From assembly GCA_000146465.1 (NCBI GenBank), contig CP001948.1: a DNA stretch of 64,000 bases; one strand, given 5' to 3'. Shown here in pieces: positions 29,621 to 38,627 of this stretch. Every line of letters starts with the position of its first letter. Within the stretch, counting starts at the first letter, position 1. Under the pieces are notes generated by a model, which saw only the letters and a program-made list of their open reading frames with translations, was not told the origin of the DNA and ran no database searches. The position numbers were made by a program, and so were the translations under genes.

Positions 29621-31174
29621 ATGATATTGGCTTTGCTTTTACTTGGGCATATTATAAGAGCCGATATATTCGATGGGGTGAACTTGGAAAAGGTTCTAAG
29701 TGAAGGCTTGAAAGGCGGAGGCAGCGGGAAGTCGGGGCCCGATAGCGCTTCTCTCTCTCTTTCTTCAAAGAAAGAAGGAATGTCCTCTGCCTCTAGTCCC
29801 GCATCCTTTTCCTCATCTATACCATCCATGAGCCAGGCCTCAAGCTCGACAGTAGCTTCGGTAAAGAAGAGTGGAGAGGAGATGCCAATTGTTATAATAA
29901 CTCAAGAGAGTCCTAAGGACAAAGGAAAAGGCAAGGGAGGAAAAGAACAGGAGGAGGAGATAGCTAGTATTGTGAAGAACGCAATAAAGGGTACCAAGTC
30001 CAATGGACTTTCAACAGAGAAAAGAGAGGAGGAGGACGGCCAAGGAGAATCTAATTACGAAGAATTTAAAGAGGAGTCAGATAAATCGAAAAGAAAAGAT
30101 AAGCCAAGCATGATCAATAATTCCTTTTCTCCCATGATGGCAAAAGCGGTTGGGAACAGCAGTGACTTAGATTCCTATTGGACAACGGTTATAGTCGATA
30201 ATAAGTTGAAGAAAGTCAAAGTAAATGTTAAGGTTATGACTGTTGTCGAGAGCATTGGGGAAGCTGCGCCATGCTCCAAAGATGGAGATGTAAAAGAGAA
30301 ATCGAAATTTTGGAGCAAGCCTGGTGAGAGCTCTAAGAGCAGAGAAATCCCTTCAACGGTCTCTGTCGCCTATAAAAAGGATGAGATGAAAACATCTCAA
30401 GATAGTAAGAGTTCTTCAAAAAGCAACAGCGATGAAAAAACAAAGAAGACTGCAGAGGCTTCAAGGTCTGTTGAGCCTGAAATAATCCCGTCCGTGATCT
30501 CATCTGGAAAAGGCACCGAATCTAAAAAAGAGTCGGAAACCTTAAGTGCATCTAAGCCTCTTTCTTCCAGTATATCTCTAAGCGTTAGTGCGTCTAGGAA
30601 GAGCAACGATAGTGAGTCGGCAAGCTCAAAATATCGAAAGTCAGCAGAGTCCGTGAAGACATCAACAACATCTACTAAGGAGAAATCATCAAGTAAAGAG
30701 ACAGAGAGTAAGAGCACACCGGGAATAAGCACAAAGGAAGACAGTAAGAAGGGGAACTCCAGTACAGTAATGTCCAAGAGCCAGTCTTTAGCAAAAACTT
30801 TTTCTTCCATAGCTACTGTGTCTCCGTCTGTTAAGAGTAAGAAGAAATCCTCGTCTTCCCAAGGCTCGGCATCCAAGGAATCCAGCTCCACCGTATCTAT
30901 CGGACAGAAGAAGTCAAAGGAAATGACCAAGGACGCCAAAAGTATTAGCGTTTCGAAATCCGAGAAGGAAGATAAGGCAGAATCAGGGAAAAAAGAAGTC
31001 AATCCCGAAATGAATGAGCTTTTCTATGTTCTTAAGAATATGCCTGGAAAAGTCAATATAAGTAAGTCAGGAGGGAAAATGTTTGTGGAAGGAAACTTTG
31101 TTGCTCCAAAGGAAGAGAAGTTGAAGGACAAGAAGTTCCAGTTCTCAGGATACATCCAGGCGGCACATGCTTGA
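29621..31174 (+). CDS. Secreted Ser/Lys-rich low-complexity protein, paralog-like member of the tandem secreted cluster
   Basis: Clear signal peptide MILALLLLGHIIRADI. About 40% S/K/E in the body. The C-terminal ...GGKMFVEGNFVAPKEEKLKDKKFQFSGYIQ resembles the shared G.F.EG....E....K..K...F..G.IQ motif of the neighbouring genes. Confidence 0.55.
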   Translation: MILALLLLGHIIRADIFDGVNLEKVLSEGLKGGGSGKSGPDSASLSLSSKKEGMSSASSPASFSSSIPSMSQASSSTVASVKKSGEEMPIVIITQESPKDKGKGKGGKEQEEEIASIVKNAIKGTKSNGLSTEKREEEDGQGESNYEEFKEESDKSKRKDKPSMINNSFSPMMAKAVGNSSDLDSYWTTVIVDNKLKKVKVNVKVMTVVESIGEAAPCSKDGDVKEKSKFWSKPGESSKSREIPSTVSVAYKKDEMKTSQDSKSSSKSNSDEKTKKTAEASRSVEPEIIPSVISSGKGTESKKESETLSASKPLSSSISLSVSASRKSNDSESASSKYRKSAESVKTSTTSTKEKSSSKETESKSTPGISTKEDSKKGNSSTVMSKSQSLAKTFSSIATVSPSVKSKKKSSSSQGSASKESSSTVSIGQKKSKEMTKDAKSISVSKSEKEDKAESGKKEVNPEMNELFYVLKNMPGKVNISKSGGKMFVEGNFVAPKEEKLKDKKFQFSGYIQAAHA

Positions 31175-31312
31175 TGAATTAAACCATTCAATTCTAATTC
31201 CCCTTAATTTACCTGAGTATTTCGGTATGAAAATTCCTGAAACACCCTGAAACAAGTTTCAGAAGAGATTTGGCCGGACTAAAAAGATTAAACCCGCCAT
31301 GTTTCTTTCTTA

Positions 31313-32254
31313 ATGAGGGCTCCTAATAGAATCGGCACGATAAGAGCTCTGTGCCTTCTTGGGATTTACAGCCATAGTGTTGCTTTATGCCAGGAAGATG
31401 AAAGCACTGTTGAGATTGTACTTCTGAGTAATGGAACCGAAAAGACAAGGCCGAGAGAGGATGATAAAAACGATATCAATACTGAAGACAAATCCAAGGC
31501 GCTTAGAAGTCTATTAACAACGTTAGTAAGCCATCTAATGGCGGGTAATAAGTTTCAGAATAGTCTTCTTAAAAGTTATGATGGAGGAGATCGTTCTGAT
31601 TCCCCAAAAGAAAGTGGAGACCGACAGACAGCCTCCCCCTCCCAGAACTCAAAAGCCAACAAATCCCCTGCTCAAGAACCAACTACAGAGATGCTGGAAA
31701 AGATAAAGAGAGTTCCAATGGGATACAGGACATTCTGTTCCTTCCTCCAGAATTTGGACCTTATTAGAGACAAGCTAAAGAACAAACCCGGAACCAGAAG
31801 AATCCGGAATGTTCTGGTTTACGAAGGGTATCACCTCACCGACTATTGGGGAAGACTGAAATTCAGAAAGGAAGGGGATAAGCTTATAGACGAAACGGGA
31901 TATTTTGAGGGAGTTAAAGTCAATACGTTTGAAGACATAATAAAGGAGGGAAAGATGACCAAAACCGGCTTCATTCAGAAAAAGGAGATAGGGGAAACAG
32001 AAGTAAACGAAAACCTGATAACCATGAAGCTTCTTCTAAATGAGATTGCCAAAGAAAAAAACACATCCATCCACGGGGTAATTAACGAGGGATGCAATAT
32101 GTCCATTGTTGAAGAGCTGGTCTTTTACGGGAATAGTCCTTCCGCTCACAACGACGAGATAGTGCATGTTTGCATATGCTCGGATTCATTCTGCAAGGAG
32201 CCATGCAAAGATATCGTTCCAATGAAGATGGAGGAGCTAGAGTTCAGGGGTTAG
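31313..32254 (+). CDS. Secreted Lys-rich, Cys-containing 313-aa protein (PTP2-like profile: signal peptide, basic, about 8 Cys). Carries the family motif shared with 26905
   Basis: Signal peptide MRAPNRIGTIRALCLLGIYSHSVALC. VLVYEGYHLTDYWGRLKFRKEGDKLIDETGYFEGVKVNTFEDIIKEGKMTKTGFIQKKE aligns to VLVYKEGSQYSDYSGNINFQEKDGKLVDSSGLFVGKDCGCSKEEIPQIGKITGTGLYQDQ in the 845-aa protein. Confidence 0.6.
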   Translation: MRAPNRIGTIRALCLLGIYSHSVALCQEDESTVEIVLLSNGTEKTRPREDDKNDINTEDKSKALRSLLTTLVSHLMAGNKFQNSLLKSYDGGDRSDSPKESGDRQTASPSQNSKANKSPAQEPTTEMLEKIKRVPMGYRTFCSFLQNLDLIRDKLKNKPGTRRIRNVLVYEGYHLTDYWGRLKFRKEGDKLIDETGYFEGVKVNTFEDIIKEGKMTKTGFIQKKEIGETEVNENLITMKLLLNEIAKEKNTSIHGVINEGCNMSIVEELVFYGNSPSAHNDEIVHVCICSDSFCKEPCKDIVPMKMEELEFRG

Positions 32255-32302
32255 ATGGATAGAGTTCGTTAGGTACATTGAAATTTAAATGATTAAAGAT
32301 AT

Positions 32303-34243
32303 TTAATTGTTGATTGCAATCTTGTCAATAGGCAATATATCCTCAAGCTCAATCTTCTCATCAACCATTCTATCTAAGATGTCTCTAAGTTCATAAAGGC
32401 CAATATTCTCATTGGATTTTCCTCCCTTCCCTGACTTGCTCAATCTGATATTTATTTCATCTGTTTTTGCCTCTTTTTCCCCAACAACACATACAAGGGA
32501 GTATCCACATGTCTCTGCTGTCCTTATTCTCTTGTTCATGGTGTTTCCATCATCAATTACATCCAAACGGAATTTGGAAAGTACAGATTTTATCTTCTCA
32601 ACATAGTCTAGATTTCCCATGTTTATAATTGCTATCTGCCTTGGCGATATCCAAAACGGTAGTTTTTTCCCAAAGCTTTCGAGGATTATAGCAATCATTC
32701 TTTCGATACTTCCCAGAATCGCCCGATGTATTATCACAGGTGTCTTACATTGCCCATCACTGTCTCGATACTTCAGCTCGAATCTCTGGGGAAGTTGAAA
32801 GTCCAGTTGAATTGTTGCACATTGGATTTTTCTACCAAGGGCATCGTGGAGAGTAATGTCAATCTTAGGTCCATAAAAGGCTCCATCTCCTTCATTAATC
32901 TTAAAAGACATGCCGCTTTCGTCCATTGCTTCTGCAAGAACCTTTTCTGCATTGTTCCATTCATCAATCGATCCCAGATATTTTTCAGGCCTTGTGCTCA
33001 GCACCAACTCAAACTTGAACCCAAAAACCCCATACACAAAACTCAGAAACTCAAGGCATCCCTTGATTTCACCCTTAACCTGGTCCCTGGTACAGAATAT
33101 ATGTGCATCGTCTTGCTGGAACCGTCTCACTCTTGTTAGTCCGGTCAGAGTCCCACTAAGCTCATTCCTGTGCAAAACCCCAAAATCTGCCAATCTCAGG
33201 GGAAGGTCTCGGAAGCTATGATCCTGATGCTTGAACATTACACAGTGCCCAGGACAATTCATAGGCTTCAATGCAAAGTTGTCTCCCTCAATAAGAAACA
33301 TGTTTTCTTTATAGTTCTGAAGATGTCCACTTTCTTCCCAGAGCTTTGTACAAAAGATGTTTGGAGTGATAACCTCTTTAAATCCTCGTTTTCTATATTC
33401 TTCCCTCAAAAACTCGATGAGTGTGTTGTACATAATTGCACCATTTGGCAAAAAGAAACATGATCCCGGGGAATACTTTGAAAAGAAAAAGAGGTCAAGT
33501 TCCGTTCCTATCTTTCTGTGATCTCTTTCCATAGCTTCTTCTTTCCTCTTTAAATATTCTTGTAGCATCTCTTTCGAAGGGAATGTGATGGCGTAGATCC
33601 TTTGCAAAGACTTCAAGCTGGGATCGTTGAGGAAATAAGCTGAGCTATTCTTAAGAACCTTAACTGCCTTGACAACTCCGGTAGACAGAACATGAGGCCC
33701 CAAGCACATGTCGAAGAAATCTCCATTCCGATATACAGAACTCTCCTTGTCTACTCCTTTCTTGATGAAATGTGTTTTGCAAGGGTTATCCTTATAGGCA
33801 TTTAGAAGTTCCTCTTTACTCTTGATTACCTTTTCAAATCTGTAGTTCTTCTTCATTATTTTGAGCATTTCCATCTCGATCTTTTGGTAATCTTCAGATG
33901 AAATGGAGTCTTTTATGTCAACGTCATAAAAAAAACCTTCCTCTGTGGGTGGCCCATGGACTAGCTTTGCATCCGGATATAAATTCACCAACGCATTTCC
34001 CAGTATATGTGCTGAGGAATGCCAAAAAATTTCCCTAGCTCCATTGTCTTCAAACGTTAAGAACTCTAGTTCGCAATCGCCTGGTATTTCCACCACCATG
34101 TCAGAATATATCCCATTGATTTTGCAGGAGATTACATCCTTTCTATCCTTACAATATTCAGAGAGGATATCATAGGGTGTCATCCCTTGGGAAACTTCCA
34201 GCACTCGATTTTCAAATTTCACTTTCAACTTAACTTCGTACAT
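32303..34243 (-). CDS. THS1: Threonyl-tRNA synthetase (cytoplasmic, class II)
   Basis: N-terminal TGS-like domain (MYEVKLKVKFENRVLEVSQGMTPYDIL), then WHSSAHILGNAL and HCVMFKHQDHSFRDLPLR (class II motifs). The C-terminal anticodon-binding domain is present. 646 aa. Confidence 0.9.
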   Translation of the reverse strand: MYEVKLKVKFENRVLEVSQGMTPYDILSEYCKDRKDVISCKINGIYSDMVVEIPGDCELEFLTFEDNGAREIFWHSSAHILGNALVNLYPDAKLVHGPPTEEGFFYDVDIKDSISSEDYQKIEMEMLKIMKKNYRFEKVIKSKEELLNAYKDNPCKTHFIKKGVDKESSVYRNGDFFDMCLGPHVLSTGVVKAVKVLKNSSAYFLNDPSLKSLQRIYAITFPSKEMLQEYLKRKEEAMERDHRKIGTELDLFFFSKYSPGSCFFLPNGAIMYNTLIEFLREEYRKRGFKEVITPNIFCTKLWEESGHLQNYKENMFLIEGDNFALKPMNCPGHCVMFKHQDHSFRDLPLRLADFGVLHRNELSGTLTGLTRVRRFQQDDAHIFCTRDQVKGEIKGCLEFLSFVYGVFGFKFELVLSTRPEKYLGSIDEWNNAEKVLAEAMDESGMSFKINEGDGAFYGPKIDITLHDALGRKIQCATIQLDFQLPQRFELKYRDSDGQCKTPVIIHRAILGSIERMIAIILESFGKKLPFWISPRQIAIINMGNLDYVEKIKSVLSKFRLDVIDDGNTMNKRIRTAETCGYSLVCVVGEKEAKTDEINIRLSKSGKGGKSNENIGLYELRDILDRMVDEKIELEDILPIDKIAINN

Positions 34244-34244
34244 T

Positions 34245-35453
34245 TCAGGGGTAAGCTTGATATTTCAAAAATCCAATTTCAGGTCCAAGAGTCCTCCCAA
34301 GTTCTTCTCCAGTTCTTTTTATGCCTTCTAACACAAAGCACTCAAGTGCTCTTCCAATTACTTTAGGCATCTCATTCCGAGTCCTCTCAAACATAAATCT
34401 GATGCTTCTATGGAGAGAAACGGCCTGATCATAAGATCCTTCTTTAATGATCTTCCGGAAAGCGAAAGTTAGAATAATCTTATGCTTTAAACAGAGTCTT
34501 CCATTGAAGAAATCGTCTATAACATCATCAATAATAAATTTAGATGATTTCTGAAGAAGAGAAGAAATGGCGTCAACTTTGTATTCCTCGCATCCATCGT
34601 AATTCATAAGCACTCCAAAAGCCTCTTTACTTTTGTGCCTAAGTGTTCTTTCTGTTGAACTTTGAACCAGATCTGGAAAGCACTTGAAACTCATCTCAAC
34701 CTTTCCTGCATCCTTCTCATCAGAAATCACCTTGAGAGCCTCCTGAAGGTATTTCGGCTTCCAGTTTGTCTCAAGTACCGAGAGATTATTTTCTACTTTT
34801 CTATAAGAGTTGAAAACATCATTTGGATTGGAAAAGTTTTCCCTTTTCTCTTTTCTCATCACCGAGTCTGGCATATCATCAATCATCCTCTGTGTCTCTC
34901 CCATAGTTTCTACTCCAAATTCACATGTATTCAGCAAAACGCTTGCAACAATTGCTCCATGCTCATAGTACTTTCTGCGCCCATCACTAAAATGATTCCC
35001 AATTCCTGTTATTAAAAGACTCATCCCATTGGAATCTATATTGTGTGTCTTCAGTGCAAGTACAATGCATCTTGTAAAGAAGAAGTCGTCCTCTTCATCA
35101 AGGATGGTGGACAGAAAGCTCATTCCTAGTACCCGAAACAGGATTTCCCCATTACCTACTGTTTTTATGATGCCATAAGACAGTTCCGACTTTTGTCCTA
35201 TACAATATTTCATCAAACATTCTTCCTCAAACTGGTCGCTTCTAATCATCTTTTTCTTGTCCTCATAAAGTAAAACTTGAGATGATACATCCAAGTCATC
35301 GTAGAAGTCTAAAAACTCCAAATGTCTTTTGTTTGGGTTCCTCTTAAGATACAGATTGATAAAACCCGCTGCATCTGGACTCCTCTCAAGAATTTCCTTG
35401 ATGGAAAGAGGATAGCCCTCAGCCCTCTTGACTTCGTTTCTTAAGATGTTCAT
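34245..35453 (-). CDS. Hypothetical protein
   Basis: ATG at 35453 confirmed. Its stop codon lies 1 nt from the ThrRS start codon. No family match. Confidence 0.45.
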   Translation of the reverse strand: MNILRNEVKRAEGYPLSIKEILERSPDAAGFINLYLKRNPNKRHLEFLDFYDDLDVSSQVLLYEDKKKMIRSDQFEEECLMKYCIGQKSELSYGIIKTVGNGEILFRVLGMSFLSTILDEEDDFFFTRCIVLALKTHNIDSNGMSLLITGIGNHFSDGRRKYYEHGAIVASVLLNTCEFGVETMGETQRMIDDMPDSVMRKEKRENFSNPNDVFNSYRKVENNLSVLETNWKPKYLQEALKVISDEKDAGKVEMSFKCFPDLVQSSTERTLRHKSKEAFGVLMNYDGCEEYKVDAISSLLQKSSKFIIDDVIDDFFNGRLCLKHKIILTFAFRKIIKEGSYDQAVSLHRSIRFMFERTRNEMPKVIGRALECFVLEGIKRTGEELGRTLGPEIGFLKYQAYP

Positions 35454-35531
35454 TTCTAGGGATAGGTCCCATCTGTATCAAAGATATTTATTAGTCCTAA
35501 TTGGCCAGGATATATTCATATACCCGACTCC

Positions 35532-38396
35532 TTAAACTACAGATTGTAGAGGCGTTCCTTCTCGACTTCTTGCGGCAGTGCTAAGAGATACAATCTCTAT
35601 ATCACTCACCAATGGCCCCAGCTTCTGGACAATATCGCCTATAACTTCATCATCCGAAACCAACATGCTTTCATTAGGGATTTTCTTTTCCTTTATCTTC
35701 TCTACAATCCTATCGATTTCCCGGCTCTTGCTCTTTTCTCCAACACTCATCGTTTGTGGATATGCCGAGGAAGTCGATGAACTGTAAAAAGTAGTGGTTT
35801 CTTCCTCCAGATCTGATTCCAAAAGCGGCTTCTGTGTGGTAGAACTTTCTATATTTGTTGTTGAAGAAAAGACTTCGCTTGGCTCCACAGTCTTAGTAGA
35901 AACATTATTTCCACTATATATGGCCGATTTTGATACTACAGAGGATATTCTTCCAAGGCTAGATCCATCTTCTTTTGCAAAGCTTTTCCGGGTTTCAGCA
36001 GCTTTGAGGCTCAGTAGCTCGTTTCCTATATGGGCGACCTTACTAGAAAACTCGTTCAGTTTTTCCTCAAGTCTCTTTACATGGTCTTTGACAACGGAGT
36101 TGACAGCACTAAGATGCATGCTACTATCAAACTCTCTTATTACTGTAGTTCTTACCGTATCAGTTACGGTTTTGTACTCTATGTCTTTCCTTCCGTTCCT
36201 TGAAAGTGTGAGAATTTCGTATTTGTAACTTTTCGGGTTGGTGGGTTTTGTAACTATACCATCTTCCTTCTCTATCGATGTTTTTTCCTTCATGAATTTG
36301 TTTCTTGAATTAGTTTTCTCTTTGCTAGAGAACTCCTTGAAAAGTGTGGCTACAGATGGAAGTGAATGTTCTTTGTGATTCTTCTCATTTAAAGGACCAA
36401 AGTCCGAAATCGGCGAAAGAATTGGATCGATTTCATTATCGTTTCCGCTTTCCTCCCCAGAACCTCCAGCCATCCCATCTTGATTGTAAGACAGAGAAGA
36501 AATCTCTTCTATTGTATCCTTTCTATTTGGAGTTCCAAGGTTGCCGGAAGCATTTTCAATCTCATATGCATTATCCTTCCATCTTTTATCCAAGCCTGTA
36601 GTATAAGGCATAGGACCTAGCTTTAAACGCTTTTCAGACATTAAACGAGAGGCAATGCTCTTTTCATAAGAGCTATCATCCTTGTATACTTCATACAGCT
36701 TCTTCAATAATTCAAAAGAGTCATCTTCATCTCTCTCTTTTTTTCTAATAGACAATATTGTATTCATAAGATTCTTGTACTGCTCTTCGTTCGCCACAAT
36801 CCTCTGATACAGATTATCCATCTTTTTTGCATAATCTTCATAAATATATATACTCGGCACTTCCTCTTTCTTGAATGAAGAGATAGAAAGGATATAAGGG
36901 CCTTTTGTCTCCACAGGGGGAACAGCCGAATTAACAATTGTGTAATCCTTAACTTTTGTACTTGTTTTGGTTATGGTGGTTGTGGTCTCCTTGGTTATTG
37001 TATTTCTGCTAGTGCTAGAGGAAAGTCTTTTGGTAAAGGCAGTGGAGTTTCCCCCCTTTAACATATCAAAGATGCTTCTTATTAATTCCTTGGTATGGTC
37101 GTCATAGAATGAACCTCCTGCCTCTTTTACATAAGAATCTACAGACGGCAGCCTACTTGCAGTCGTTGTACGTGTTCTCTCGACAGTAGTAGTTATTGTC
37201 TGAGGATCAACGGATGTTCTTGGCTTTGAAGCTGTAACACTGGTGCTGGAGCTTGTATTTATAGGACTACTTCCCTGTATACTGAGCAAACTCTTGATCT
37301 TCTCAAGAATTTCAATATATGCCGAACTATTTCCCACTTCTCCGAATGCTGTTTTCTCAGAACTTTTTCTTGGGTTCGTAGATAGTACTGTATCCAATTC
37401 TTGATTTTCCATCAATTCCATCTTGCTTCTTCTATTTTTCGAGTTCTCCACAAATACCGTCTTTAAAACGGTTTTTACATCATCACCCGACTCTCGATGC
37501 AAGGAGCTCCATTGCCTTGTGATCGTCCTAGTTATTAGTATGGTCTGTGTTTTAGTCTTTTTTATAGGTTCAATACGTTCCTGATCCCTAATCTTTGTGG
37601 TTGTAGTTGTAGTTGTAGTTGTTACACTAGTCGTCTTTAAGGTAACTACAGAGACAGATCTGCTAGAATCTCTAAAGGGAGTTCCACTTCCACCATTTTG
37701 GCCCTCAGAATCAGGGACAAAATCAAAGGATTCTTTGATGAAAACAGGTACAAGATTGTTTTTCTCCAGAATTATTGGCTCGGGATGGTCGGCAGGGATT
37801 CGAGATGAAATCAAAAGAGGGTCTGTTGAATTCTGGTATCCAATAGGATATTCAGATGAGTTTTTTCCACAGATCTTTTCTATCCTAGGATTTCCCAGAA
37901 CATACTCGTAAAGGGCTTTTATATCATCTCCCATTCCAAGACGTTCTTTTGTTCCATAATTTCTGATGGCCCAACTGTGCAGATCGCAGATTCTATATGT
38001 GGATCCGTTATAAACGATGGTATTGTCATCCCCATCAAAGATTTTCTGAACAGGCTTTCTCGGTATGGAATCGTCTTTTTCCAGAGTCATATTATTTGTA
38101 TTCTTTTCGATATTCTTCTTTACAAACTTGATGAAAGGCCGTTCCTCTCGTTGCAAGATCTTTTTGATTGTCATGGCTGGAGGGCTTTTTACCTCTACGG
38201 TTCCCAGAATCTTGGTCCCTTTATTTTCAGGATTGTATACTTTAAAGCAAGAATCTCGGCACCTTTGATCATCGGATCTGCAGTTGCAGGAGATTCCCGG
38301 GACTGGATTTCCTTCGCTAGCCTGAAGAATCATAGTCTGAGCAATTACATATCCAGCTATAAGAAAACATCTGAGAAACAGCTGGGTGGCAAGCAT
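35532..38396 (-). CDS. Secreted Thr/Ser-rich 954-aa protein (mucin-like, poly-Thr tract)
   Basis: Signal peptide MLATQLFLRCFLIAGYVIAQT. A TTTTTTTTTT run encoded by an (ACA ACT)n repeat near 37600-37625. Multiple T/S-rich tracts. No TM segment. Confidence 0.55.
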   Translation of the reverse strand: MLATQLFLRCFLIAGYVIAQTMILQASEGNPVPGISCNCRSDDQRCRDSCFKVYNPENKGTKILGTVEVKSPPAMTIKKILQREERPFIKFVKKNIEKNTNNMTLEKDDSIPRKPVQKIFDGDDNTIVYNGSTYRICDLHSWAIRNYGTKERLGMGDDIKALYEYVLGNPRIEKICGKNSSEYPIGYQNSTDPLLISSRIPADHPEPIILEKNNLVPVFIKESFDFVPDSEGQNGGSGTPFRDSSRSVSVVTLKTTSVTTTTTTTTTKIRDQERIEPIKKTKTQTILITRTITRQWSSLHRESGDDVKTVLKTVFVENSKNRRSKMELMENQELDTVLSTNPRKSSEKTAFGEVGNSSAYIEILEKIKSLLSIQGSSPINTSSSTSVTASKPRTSVDPQTITTTVERTRTTTASRLPSVDSYVKEAGGSFYDDHTKELIRSIFDMLKGGNSTAFTKRLSSSTSRNTITKETTTTITKTSTKVKDYTIVNSAVPPVETKGPYILSISSFKKEEVPSIYIYEDYAKKMDNLYQRIVANEEQYKNLMNTILSIRKKERDEDDSFELLKKLYEVYKDDSSYEKSIASRLMSEKRLKLGPMPYTTGLDKRWKDNAYEIENASGNLGTPNRKDTIEEISSLSYNQDGMAGGSGEESGNDNEIDPILSPISDFGPLNEKNHKEHSLPSVATLFKEFSSKEKTNSRNKFMKEKTSIEKEDGIVTKPTNPKSYKYEILTLSRNGRKDIEYKTVTDTVRTTVIREFDSSMHLSAVNSVVKDHVKRLEEKLNEFSSKVAHIGNELLSLKAAETRKSFAKEDGSSLGRISSVVSKSAIYSGNNVSTKTVEPSEVFSSTTNIESSTTQKPLLESDLEEETTTFYSSSTSSAYPQTMSVGEKSKSREIDRIVEKIKEKKIPNESMLVSDDEVIGDIVQKLGPLVSDIEIVSLSTAARSREGTPLQSVV
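37598..37626 (-). repeat. (ACAACT)n microsatellite encoding poly-Thr
   Basis: The plus strand reads ggttgtagttgtagttgtagttgtt. Confidence 0.6.
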
Positions 38397-38627
38397 ATAT
38401 ATAGTCTTTTGTTTACTCTGTTCTTCTCATGGTTTTATTTTGTTTCACATGCAATGGATACTTGCAGAAAGTAAACCATGAGTGAATAAATAAAGAAGCT
38501 TTTAATGAGTTGCATTTCTCTGAACACTCTCCTTTAAATTCGGATGGGCCATTCTTCATTGTACCGAAGTCATTGATATATAAATAAAGATAAAACATTG
38601 TTTTGGGTTCTCTATAAAAGTTCAAGT

